NCBI GenBank assembly: GCA_964057225.1
Contig: OZ059895.1
Span: 11,656,001 to 11,720,000, forward strand
DNA: 64,000 nt
Direction: 5' to 3'
Origin: Auanema rhodensis
Lineage: Eukaryota; Animalia; Nematoda
In this document: piece after piece, positions 41,401 to 54,844 of the stretch
Layout: each line of letters starts with the position of its first letter
Numbering within the stretch: the first letter of the stretch is position 1
Made by a program: the position numbers and the translations under genes
The notes under the pieces: model-generated
Databases searched by the model: none
Told to the model about the DNA's origin: nothing
What the model saw: only the letters and a program-made list of their open reading frames with translations

Positions 41401-44400
41401 TAAACCATTAGTTAATGAACCATCATCTTACCTTTACTATTTCTATCTATTTCCTATCAAAACCAACTTTGTTCAAACACTATACAACTGAGAAGCCTTT
41501 TTTAATTTCTTGTATTTGGAGTTCATAAGATTTGATATCATCGAGGGATCCAGATAGAACGTGGAAAATTACATAACTAACATGAAATTGGGAAAAAATT
41601 ATAACGAGGATAAGTATGTGAATCATTGAATATCAGATATTTTCGCTCAGGACCATACCACGTTAAAAGTACGGCATGCGGCTGATTTTCAATTTTAACT
41701 CTTTTGTAACAGATGTTTTCAATTTTCAAGCAGTTTTACTCAGATACCTTAACCCAAGGCAGCAAGTTATCTTCAATATTATTTCTATCTCACAGTTATA
41801 AACCAATAGTTAATGAACCATCATCTTATCCTTACCGTTTCTATCTATTTCCTATCGAAACCAACTTTGTTCAAAAACTATACAACTGTGAAACCTTTTT
41901 TAATTTTTTTGTATTTGGAGCTCATAAGATTTGATAACATTGAGGGATCCAGATAGAACGTGGAAAATTACATAACTAACATGAAATTGGGAAAAAATTA
42001 TAACGAGGATAAGTATGTAAATCATTGAATATCAGATATTTTTGCTTAGGACCATACCACGTTAAAAGTACGGCATGCGGCTGATTTTCAATTTTAACTC
42101 TTCTGTAACAAATGTTTTCAATTTTCAAGCAGTTTTACTTAGATAGCTCAACCCAAGGCAGCAAATTATCTTCAATATTATTTCTATCTTACAGTTATAA
42201 ACCAATAGTTAATGAACCATCATCTTACCTTCACTGTTTCTATCTATTTGCTATCGAAAGCAACTTTGTTCAAACACTATACAACTGTGAAACCTTTTTT
42301 AATTTCTTGTATTTGGAGCTCATAAGATTTGATATCATCGAGGGATCCAGATAGAACGTGGAAAATTACATAACTAACATGAAATTGGGAAAAAATTATA
42401 ACGAGGATAAGTATGTAAATCATTGAATATCAGATATTTTTGCTTAGGACCATACCACGTTAAAAGTACGGCATGCGGCTGATTTTCAATTTTAACTCTT
42501 CTGTAACAAATGTTTTCAATTTTCAAGCAGTTTTACTTAGATAGCTCAACCCAAGGCAGCAAATTATCTTCAATATTATTTCTATCTTACAGTTATAAAC
42601 CAATAGTTAATGAACCATCATCTTACCTTCACTGTTTCTATCTATTTCCTATCGAAAGCAACTTTGTTCAAACACTATACAACTGTGAAACCTTTTTTAA
42701 TTTCTTGTATTTGGAGCTCATAAGATTTGATATCATTGAGGGATTTAGATAGAACGTGGAAAATTACATAACTAACATGAAATTGGGAAAAAATTATAAC
42801 GAGGATAAGTATGTGAAACATTGAATATCAGATATTTTCGCTCAGGACCATACCACGTTAAAAGTACGGCATGCGGCTGATTTTCAATTTTAACTCTTCT
42901 GTAACAAATGTTTTCAATTTTCAAGCAGTTTTACTTAGATAGCTCAACCCAAGGCAGCAAATTATCTTCAATCTTATTTCTATCTCACAGTTATAAACCA
43001 ATAGTTAATAAACCATCATCTTACCCTTACCGTTTCTATCTATTTCCTATCAAAACCAACTTTGTTCAAACACTATACAACTGTGAAACCTTTTTTAATT
43101 TCTTGTATTTGGAGCTCATAAGATTTGATATCATTGAGGGATCCAGATAAAACGTGGAAAATTACATAACTAACATGAAATTGGGAAAAAATTATAAGGA
43201 GGATAAGTATGTAAATCATTGAATATCAGATATTTTCGCTTAGGACCATACCACGTTAAAAGTACGACATGCGGCTGATTTTCAATTTTAACTCTTCTGT
43301 AACAAATGTTTTCAATTTTCAAGCAGTTTTACTTAGATAGCTCAACCCAAGGCAGCAAATTATCTTCAATATTATTTCTATCTTACAGTTATAAACCAAT
43401 AGTTAATGAACCATCATCTTACCTTCACTGTTTCTATCTATTTCCTATCGAAAGCAACTTTGTTCAAACACTATACAACTGTGAAACCTTTTTTAATTTC
43501 TTGTATTTGGAGCTCATAAGATTTGATATCATCGAGGGATCCAGATAGAACGTGGAAAATTACATAACTAACATGAAATTGGGAAAAAATTATAACGAGG
43601 ATAAGTATGTAAATCATTGAATATCAGATATTTTCGCTTAGGACCATACCACGTTAAAAGTACGGCATGCGGCTGATTTTCAATTTTAACTCTTTTGTAA
43701 CAGATGTTTTCAATTTTCAAGCAGTTTTACTCAGATAGCTTAACCCAAGGCAGCAAATTATCTTCAATATTATTTCTATCTCACAGTTATAAACCAATAG
43801 TTAATGAACTATCATCTTACCCTTACCGTTTCTATCTATTTCATATCGAAACCAACTTTGTTCAAAAACTATACAACTGTGAAACCTTTTTTAATTTCTT
43901 GTATTTGGAGCTCATAAGATTTGATATCATTAAGGGATCCAGATAGAACGTGGAAAATTACATAACTAACACGAAATTGGGAAAAAATTATAACGAGGAT
44001 AAGTATGTAAATCATTGAATATCAGATATTTTCGCTTACGACCATACCACGTTAAAAGTACGGCATGCGGCTGATTTTCAATTTTAACTCTTCTGTAACA
44101 AATGTTTTCAATTTTCAAGCAGTTTTACTTAGATAGCTCAACCCAAGGCAGCAATTTATCTTCAATATTTTTTCTATCTTACAGTTATAAACCAATAGTT
44201 AATAAACCATCATCTTACCCTTACCGTTTCTATCTATTTCCTATCGAAACCAACTTTGTTCAAAAACTATACAACTGTGAAACCTTTTTTAATTTCTTGT
44301 ATTTGGAGCTCATAAGATTTGATATCATTGAGGGATCCAGATAGAACGTAGAAAATTACATAACTACCATGAAATTGGGAAAAAATTGTAACCAGGATAA

Positions 44401-47400
44401 GTATGTAAATCATTGAATATCAGATATTTTCGCTTACGACCATACCACGTTGAAAGAATGCCATGCCGCTGATTTTCAATTTTAACTCTTCTGTAACGAA
44501 TGTTTTCAATTTCCAAGCAGTTTTACTTAGAAAGCTCAACCCAAGGCAGCAAATTATCTTCAATATTATTTCTATCTTACAGTTTTAAACCATTAGTTAA
44601 TGAACCATCATCTTACCTTTACTATTTCTATCTATTTCCTATCAAAACCAACTTTGTTCAAACACTATACAACTGAGAAGCCTTTTTTAATTTCTTGTAT
44701 TTGGAGTTCATAAGATTTGATATCATCGAGGGATCCAGATAGAACGTGGAAAATTACATAACTAACATGAAATTGGGAAAAAATTATAACGAGGATAAGT
44801 ATGTGAATCATTGAATATCAGATATTTTCGCTCAGGACCATACCACGTTAAAAGTACGGCATGCGGCTGATTTTCAATTTTAACTCTTTTGTAACAGATG
44901 TTTTCAATTTTCAAGCAGTTTTACTCAGATACCTTAACCCAAGGCAGCAAGTTATCTTCAATATTATTTCTATCTCACAGTTATAAACCAATAGTTAATG
45001 AACCATCATCTTATCCTTACCGTTTCTATCTATTTCCTATCGAAACCAACTTTGTTCAAAAACTATACAACTGTGAAACCTTTTTTAATTTTTTTGTATT
45101 TGGAGCTCATAAGATTTGATAACATTGAGGGATCCAGATAGAACGTGGAAAATTACATAACTAACATGAAATTGGGAAAAAATTATAACGAGGATAAGTA
45201 TGTAAATCATTGAATATCAGATATTTTTGCTTAGGACCATACCACGTTAAAAGTACGGCATGCGGCTGATTTTCAATTTTAACTCTTCTGTAACAAATGT
45301 TTTCAATTTTCAAGCAGTTTTACTTAGATAGCTCAACCCAAGGCAGCAAATTATCTTCAATATTATTTCTATCTTACAGTTATAAACCAATAGTTAATGA
45401 ACCATCATCTTACCTTCACTGTTTCTATCTATTTGCTATCGAAAGCAACTTTGTTCAAACACTATACAACTGTGAAACCTTTTTTAATTTCTTGTATTTG
45501 GAGCTCATAAGATTTGATATCATCGAGGGATCCAGATAGAACGTGGAAAATTACATAACTAACATGAAATTGGGAAAAAATTATAACGAGGATAAGTATG
45601 TAAATCATTGAATATCAGATATTTTTGCTTAGGACCATACCACGTTAAAAGTACGGCATGCGGCTGATTTTCAATTTTAACTCTTTTGTAACAGATGTTT
45701 TCAATTTTCAAGCAGTTTTACTCAGATAGCTTAACCCAAGGCAGCAAATTATCTTCAATATTATTTCTATCTCACAGTTATAAACCAATAGTTAATGAAC
45801 TATCATCTTACCCTTACCGTTTCTATCTATTTCATATCGAAACCAACTTTGTTCAAAAACTATACAACTGTGAAACCTTTTTTAATTTCTTGTATTTGGA
45901 GCTCATAAGATTTGATATCATTAAGGGATCCAGATAGAACGTGGAAAATTACATAACTAACACGAAATTGGGAAAAAATTATAACGAGGATAAGTATGTA
46001 AATCATTGAATATCAGATATTTTCGCTTACGACCATACCACGTTAAAAGTACGGCATGCGGCTGATTTTCAATTTTAACTCTTCTGTAACAAATGTTTTC
46101 AATTTTCAAGCAGTTTTACTTAGATAGCTCAACCCAAGGCAGCAATTTATCTTCAATATTTTTTCTATCTTACAGTTATAAACCAATAGTTAATAAACCA
46201 TCATCTTACCCTTACCGTTTCTATCTATTTCCTATCGAAACCAACTTTGTTCAAAAACTATACAACTGTGAAACCTTTTTTAATTTCTTGTATTTGGAGC
46301 TCATAAGATTTGATATCATTGAGGGATCCAGATAGAACGTAGAAAATTACATAACTACCATGAAATTGGGAAAAAATTGTAACCAGGATAAGTATGTAAA
46401 TCATTGAATATCAGATATTTTCGCTTACGACCATACCACGTTGAAAGAATGCCATGCCGCTGATTTTCAATTTTAACTCTTCTGTAACGAATGTTTTCAA
46501 TTTCCAAGCAGTTTTACTTAGAAAGCTCAACCCAAGGCAGCAAATTATCTTCAATATTATTTCTATCTTACAGTTTTAAACCATTAGTTAATGAACCATC
46601 ATCTTACCTTTACTATTTCTATCTATTTCCTATCAAAACCAACTTTGTTCAAACACTATACAACTGAGAAGCCTTTTTTAATTTCTTGTATTTGGAGTTC
46701 ATAAGATTTGATATCATCGAGGGATCCAGATAGAACGTGGAAAATTACATAACTAACATGAAATTGGGAAAAAATTATAACGAGGATAAGTATGTGAATC
46801 ATTGAATATCAGATATTTTCGCTCAGGACCATACCACGTTAAAAGTACGGCATGCGGCTGATTTTCAATTTTAACTCTTTTGTAACAGATGTTTTCAATT
46901 TTCAAGCAGTTTTACTCAGATACCTTAACCCAAGGCAGCAAGTTATCTTCAATATTATTTCTATCTCACAGTTATAAACCAATAGTTAATGAACCATCAT
47001 CTTATCCTTACCGTTTCTATCTATTTCCTATCGAAACCAACTTTGTTCAAAAACTATACAACTGTGAAACCTTTTTTAATTTTTTTGTATTTGGAGCTCA
47101 TAAGATTTGATAACATTGAGGGATCCAGATAGAACGTGGAAAATTACATAACTAACATGAAATTGGGAAAAAATTATAACGAGGATAAGTATGTAAATCA
47201 TTGAATATCAGATATTTTTGCTTAGGACCATACCACGTTAAAAGTACGGCATGCGGCTGATTTTCAATTTTAACTCTTCTGTAACAAATGTTTTCAATTT
47301 TCAAGCAGTTTTACTTAGATAGCTCAACCCAAGGCAGCAAATTATCTTCAATATTATTTCTATCTTACAGTTATAAACCAATAGTTAATGAACCATCATC

Positions 47401-49066
47401 TTACCTTCACTGTTTCTATCTATTTGCTATCGAAAGCAACTTTGTTCAAACACTATACAACTGTGAAACCTTTTTTAATTTCTTGTATTTGGAGCTCATA
47501 AGATTTGATATCATCGAGGGATCCAGATAGAACGTGGAAAATTACATAACTAACATGAAATTGGGAAAAAATTATAACGAGGATAAGTATGTAAATCATT
47601 GAATATCAGATATTTTTGCTTAGGACCATACCACGTTAAAAGTACGGCATGCGGCTGATTTTCAATTTTAACTCTTCTGTAACAAATGTTTTCAATTTTC
47701 AAGCAGTTTTACTTAGATAGCTCAACCCAAGGCAGCAAATTATCTTCAATATTATTTCTATCTTACAGTTATAAACCAATAGTTAATGAACCATCATCTT
47801 ACCTTCACTGTTTCTATCTATTTCCTATCGAAAGCAACTTTGTTCAAACACTATACAACTGTGAAACCTTTTTTAATTTCTTGTATTTGGAGCTCATAAG
47901 ATTTGATATCATCGAGGGATCCAGATAGAACGTGGAAAATTACATAACTAACATGAAATTGGGAAAAAATTATAACGAGGATAAGTATGTAAATCATTGA
48001 ATATCAGATATTTTCGCTTAGGACCATACCACGTTAAAAGTACGGCATGCGGCTGATTTTCAATTTTAACTCTTTTGTAACAGATGTTTTCAATTTTCAA
48101 GCAGTTTTACTCAGATAGCTTAACCCAAGGCAGCAAATTATCTTCAATATTATTTCTATCTCACAGTTATAAACCAATAGTTAATGAACCATCATCTTAC
48201 CCTTACCGTTTCTATCTATTTCATATCGAAACCAACTTTGTTCAAAAACTATACAACTGTGAAACCTTTTTTAATTTCTTGTATTTGGAGCTCATAAGAT
48301 TTGATATCATTAAGGGATCCAGATAGAACGTGGAAAATTACATAACTAACACGAAATTGGGAAAAAATTATAACGAGAATAAGTATGTAAATCATTGAAT
48401 ATCAGATATTTTCGCTTACGACCATACCACGTTGAAAGTACGCCATGCCGCTTATTTTCAATTTTAACTCTTCTGTAACAAATGTTTTCAATTTTCAAGC
48501 AGTTTTACTTAGATAGCTCAACCCAAGGCAGCAATTTATCTTCAATATTATTTCTATCTTACAGTTATAAACCAATAGTTAATAAACCATCATCTTACCC
48601 TTACCGTTTCTATCTATTTCCTATCGAAACCAACTTTGTTCAAAAACTATACAACTGTGAAACCTTTTTTAATTTCTTGTATTTGGAGCTCATAAGATTT
48701 GATATCATTGAGGGATCCAGATAGAACGTAGAAAATTACATAACTACCATGAAATTTGGAAAAAATTGTAACGAGGATAAGTATGTGAATCATTGAATAT
48801 CAGATATTTTCGCTTACGACCATACCACGTTGAGAGAATGCCATGCCGCTGATTTTCAATTTTAACTCTTCTGTAACGAATGTTTTCAATTTTCAAGCAG
48901 TTTTACTCAGAAAGCTCAACCCAAGGCAGCAAATTATCTTCAATATTATTTCTATCTTACAGTTTTAAACCATTAGTTAATGAACCATCATCTTACCTTT
49001 ACTATTTCTATCTATTTCCTATCAAAACCAACTTTGTTCAAACACTATACAACTGAGAAGCCTTTT
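29405..49066 (+). repeat. Copy 2 of the 19,504-bp tandem duplication (including the junction homology)
   Basis: Matches copy 1 until 49067 C vs 29563 T. The junction lies within about 29405-29562. Confidence 0.93.
43636..47676 (+). repeat. Second occurrence of the 1,991-bp 5-monomer tandem duplication, carried by the 19.5-kb duplication
   Basis: Offsets 43704/45695, 44102/46093, 44898/46889, 45297/47288. Confidence 0.9.
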
Positions 49067-52000
49067 CTAATTTCTTGTATTTGGAGTTCATAAGATTTGA
49101 TATCATTGAGGGATCCAGATAGAACGTGGAAAATTACATAACTAACATGAAATTGGGAAAAAATTATAACGAGGATAAGTATGTGAAACATTGAATATCA
49201 GATATTTTCGCTTAGGACCATACGACGTTGAAAGTACGCCATGCCGCTGATTTTCAATTTTAACTCTTCTGTAACAAATGTTTTCAATTTCCAAGCAGTT
49301 TTACTTAGATAGCTCAACCCAAGGCAGCAAATTATCTTCAATCTTATCTCTATCTTACAGTTATAAACCAGTAGTGAATGAACCATCATCTTACCTTCAC
49401 TGTTTCTATCTATTTCCTATCAAAAGAAACATTGTTTAAACACTATACAACTGTGAAACCTTTTTTAATTTCTTGTATTTGGAGATCATAAGATTTGATA
49501 TCATTGAGGGATCCAGATAGAACGTGGAAAATTACGTAACTAACATGAAATTGGAAAAAATTATAACGAGGATAAGTATGTAAATCATTGAATATCAGAT
49601 ATTTTCGCTTAGGACCATACCACGTTAAAAGTACGGCATGCGGCTGATTTTCAATTTTAACTCTTCTGTAACAAATGTTTTCAATTTTCAAGCAGTTTTA
49701 CTTAGATAGCTCAACCCAAGGCAGCAAATTATCTTCAATATTATTTCTATCTTACAGTTATAAACCAATAGTTAATGAACCATCATCTTACCTTCACTGT
49801 TTCTATCTATTTCCTATCGAAAGCAACTTTGTTCAAACACTATACAACTGTGAAACCTTTTTCAATTTCTTGTATTTGGAGCTCATAAGATTTGATATCA
49901 TCGAGGGATCCAGATAGAACGTGGAAAATTACATAACTAACATGAAATTGGGAAAAAATTATAACGAGGATAAGTATGTAAATCATTGAATATCAGATAT
50001 TTTCGCTTAGGACCATACCACGTTAAAAGTACGGCATGCGGCTGATTTTCAATTTTAACTCTTTTGTAACAGATGTTTTCAATTTTCAAGCAGTTTTACT
50101 CAGATAGCTTAACCCAAGGCAGCAAATTATCTTCAATATTATTTCTATCTCACAGTTATAAACCAATAGTTAATGAACCATCATCTTACCCTTACCGTTT
50201 CTATCTATTTCATATCGAAACCAACTTTGTTCAAAAACTATACAACTGTGAAACCTTTTTTAATTTCTTGTATTTGGAGCTCATAAGATTTGATATCATT
50301 AAGGGATCCAGATAGAACGTGGAAAATTACATAACTAACACGAAATTGGGAAAAAATTATAACGAGAATAAGTATGTAAATCATTGAATATCAGATATTT
50401 TCGCTTACGACCATACCACGTTGAAAGTACGCCATGCCGCTGATTTTCAATTTTAACTCTTCTGTAACAAATGTTTTCAATTTTCAAGCAGTTTTACTTA
50501 GATAGCTCAACCCAAGGCAGCAATTTATCTTCAATATTATTTCTATCTTACAGTTATAAACCAATAGTTAATAAACCATCATCTTACCCTTACCGTTTCT
50601 ATCTATTTCCTATCGAAACCAACTTTGTTCAAAAACTATACAACTGTGAAACCTTTTTTAATTTCTTGTATTTGGAGCTCATAAGATTTGATATCATTGA
50701 GGGATCCAGATAGAACGTAGAAAATTACATAACTACCATGAAATTGGGAAAAAATTGTAACGAGGATAAGTATGTAAATCATTGAATATCAGATATTTTC
50801 GCTTACGATCATACCACGTTGAAAGAATGCCATGCCGCTGATTTTCAATTTTAACTCTTCTGTAACGAATGTTTCCAATTTCCAAGCAGTTTTACTTAGA
50901 AAGCTCAACCCAAGGCAGCAAATTATCTTCAATATTATTTCTATCTTACAGTTTTAAACCATTAGTTAATGAACCATCATCTTACCTTTACTATTTCTAT
51001 CTATTTCCTATCAAAACCAACTTTGTTCAAACACTATACAACTGAGAAGCCTTTTTTAATTTCTTGTATTTGGAGTTCATAAGATTTGATATCATTGAGG
51101 GATCCAGATAGAACGTGGAAAATTACATAACTAACATGAAATTGGGAAAAAATTATAACGAGGATAAGTATGTGAAACATTGAATATCAGATATTTTCGC
51201 TTAGGACCATACGACGTTGAAAGTACGCCATGCCGCTGATTTTCAATTTTAACTCTTCTGTAACAAATGTTTTCAATTTCCAAGCAGTTTTACTTAGATA
51301 GCTCAACCCAAGGCAGCAAATTATCTTCAATCTTATTTCTATCTTACAGTTATAAACCAGTAGTGAATGAACCATCATCTTACCTTCACTGTTTCTATCT
51401 ATTTCCTATCAAAAGAAACATTGTTTAAACACTATACAACTGTGAAACCTTTTTTAATTTCTTGTATTTGGAGATCATAAGATTTGATATCATTCAGGGA
51501 TCCAGATAGAACATGGAAAATTACGTAACTAACATGAAATTGGAAAAAACTATAACGAGGATAAGTATGTGAATCATTGAATATCAGATATTTTCGCTTA
51601 GGACCATACCACGTTGAAAGTACGCCATGCCGCTGAATTTCAATTTTAACTCTTTTGTAACAAATGTTTTCAATTTTCAAGCAGTTTTACTCAGATAGCT
51701 TAACCCAAGGCAGCAAATTATCTTCAATATTATTTCTATCTTACAGTTTTAAACCATTAGTTAATGAACCATCATCTTACCTTTACTATTTCTATCTATT
51801 TCCTATCAAAACCAACTTTGTTCAAACACTATACAACTGAGAAGCCTTTTTTAATTTCTTGTATTTGGAGTTCATAAGATTTGATATCATTGAGGGATCC
51901 AGATAGAACGTGGAAAATTACATAACTAACATGAAATTGGGAAAAAATTATAACGAGGATAAGTATGTGAAACATTGAATATCAGCTATTTTCGCTTAGG

Positions 52001-54844
52001 ACCATACGACGTTGAAAGTACGCCATGCCGCTGATTTTCAATTTTAACTCTTCTGTAACAAATGTTTTCAATTTCCAAGCAGTTTTACTTAGATAGCTCA
52101 ACCCAAGGCAGCAAATTATCTTCAATCTTATTTCTATCTTACAGTTATAAACCAGTAGTGAATGAACCATCATCTTACCTTTACTGTTTCTATCTATTTT
52201 CTATCAGAACAAATATTGTTCAAACACTATACAACTGTGAAACCTTTTTTAATTTCTTGTATTTGGAGCTCATAAGATTTGATATCATTGAGAGATCCAG
52301 ATAGAACGTGGAAAATTACGTAACTAACATGAAATTGGGAAAAAATTATAACGAGGATAAGTATGTAAATCATTGAATATCAGATATTCTCGCTTACGAC
52401 CATATCACGTTGAAAGTACGCCATGCCGCTGATTTTCAATTTTAACTCTTCTGTAACGAATGTTTTCAATTTCCAAGCAGTTTTACTTAGATAGCTCAAC
52501 CCAAGGCAGCAAATTATCTTCAATCTTATCTCTATCTTACAGTTATAAACCAGTAGTGAATGAACCATCATCTTACCTTCACTGTTTCTATCTATTTCCT
52601 ATCAAAAGAAACATTGTTTAAACACTATACAACTGTGAAACCTTTTTTAATTTCTTGTATTTGGAGATCATAAGATTTGATATCATTGAGGGATCCAGAT
52701 AGAACGTGGAAAATTACGTAACTAACATGAAATTGGAAAAAATTATAACGAGGATAAGTATGTAAATCATTGAATATCAGATATTTTCGCTTAGGACCAT
52801 ACCACGTTAAAAGTACGGCATGCGGCTGATTTTCAATTTTAACTCTTCTGTAACAAATGTTTTCAATTTTCAAGCAGTTTTACTTAGATAGCTCAACCCA
52901 AGGCAGCAATTTATTTTCAATATTATTTCTATCTTACAGTTATAAACCAATAGTTAATAAACCATCATCTTACCCTTACCGTTTCTATCTATTTCCTATC
53001 GAAACCAACTTTGTTCAAAAACTATACAACTGTGAAACCTTTTTTAATTTCTTGTATTTGGAGCTCATAAGATTTGATATCATTGAGGGATCCAGATAGA
53101 ACGTAGAAAATTACATAACTACCATGAAATTGGGAAAAAATTGTAACGAGGATAAGTATGTAAATCATTGAATATCAGATATTTTCGCTTACGATCATAC
53201 CACGTTGAAAGAATGCCATGCCGCTGATTTTCAATTTTAACTCTTCTGTAACGAATGTTTCCAATTTCCAAGCAGTTTTACTTAGAAAGCTCAACCCAAG
53301 GCAGCAAATTATCTTCAATATTATTTCTATCTTACAGTTTTAAACCATTAGTTAATGAACCATCATCTTACCTTTACTATTTCTATCTATTTCCTATCAA
53401 AACCAACTTTGTTCAAACACTATACAACTGTGAAACCTTTTTTAATTTCTTGTATTTGGAGATCATAAGATTTGATATCATTGAGGGATCCAGATAGAAC
53501 GTAGAAAATTACATAACTACCATGAAATTGGGAAAAAATTGTAACGAGGATAAGTATGTGAATCATTGAATATCAGATATTTTCGCTTACGACCATACCA
53601 CGTTGAGAGAATGCCATGCCGCTGATTTTCAATTTTAACTCTTCTGTAACGAATGTTTTCAATTTTCAAGCAGTTTTACTCAGAAAGCTCAACCCAAGGC
53701 AGCAAATTATCTTCAATATTATTTCTATCTTACAGTTTTAAACCATTAGTTAATGAACCATCATCTTACCTTCACTGTTTCTATCTATTTTCTATCAAAA
53801 GAAATATTGTTTAAACACTATACAACTGTGAAACCTTTTTTAATTTCTTGTATTTGGAACTCATAAGATTTGATATCATCGAGGGATCCAGATAGAACGT
53901 GGAAAATTACGTAACTAACATGAAATTGGAAAAAACTATAACGAGGATAAGTATGTGAAACATTGAATATCAGATATTTTCGCTTAGGACCATACGACGT
54001 TGAAAGTACGCCATGCCGCTGATTTTCAATTTTAACTCTTCTGTAACAAATGTTTTCAATTTCCAAGCAGTTTTACTTAGATAGCTCAACCCAAGGCAGC
54101 AAATTATCTTCAATCTTATCTCTATCTTACAGTTATAAACCAGTAGTGAATGAACCATCATCTTACCTTCACTGTTTCTATCTATTTCCTATCAAAAGAA
54201 ACATTGTTTAAACACTATACAACTGTGAAACCTTTTTTAATTTCTTGTAATTGGAGATCATAAGATTTGATATCATTGAGGGATCCAGATAGAACGTGGA
54301 AAATTACGTAACTAACATGAAATTGGAAAAAATTATAACGAGGATAAGTATGTAAATCATTGAATATCAGATATTTTCGCTTAGGACCATACCACGTTAA
54401 AAGTACGGCATGCGGCTGATTTTCAATTTTAACTCTTCTGTAACAAATGTTTTCAATTTTCAAGCAGTTTTACTTAGATAGCTCAACCCAAGGCAGCAAA
54501 TTATCTTCAATATTATTTCTATCTTACAGTTATAAACCAATAGTTAATGAACCATCATCTTACCTTCACTGTTTCTATCTATTTCCTATCGAAAGCAACT
54601 TTGTTCAAACACTATACAACTGTGAAACCTTTTTCAATTTCTTGTATTTGGAGCTCATAAGATTTGATATCATCGAGGGATCCAGATAGAACGTGGAAAA
54701 TTACATAACTAACATGAAATTGGGAAAAAATTATAACGAGGATAAGTATGTAAATCATTGAATATCAGATATTTTCGCTTAGGACCATACCACGTTAAAA
54801 GTACGGCATGCGGCTGATTTTCAATTTTAACTCTTTTGTAACAG

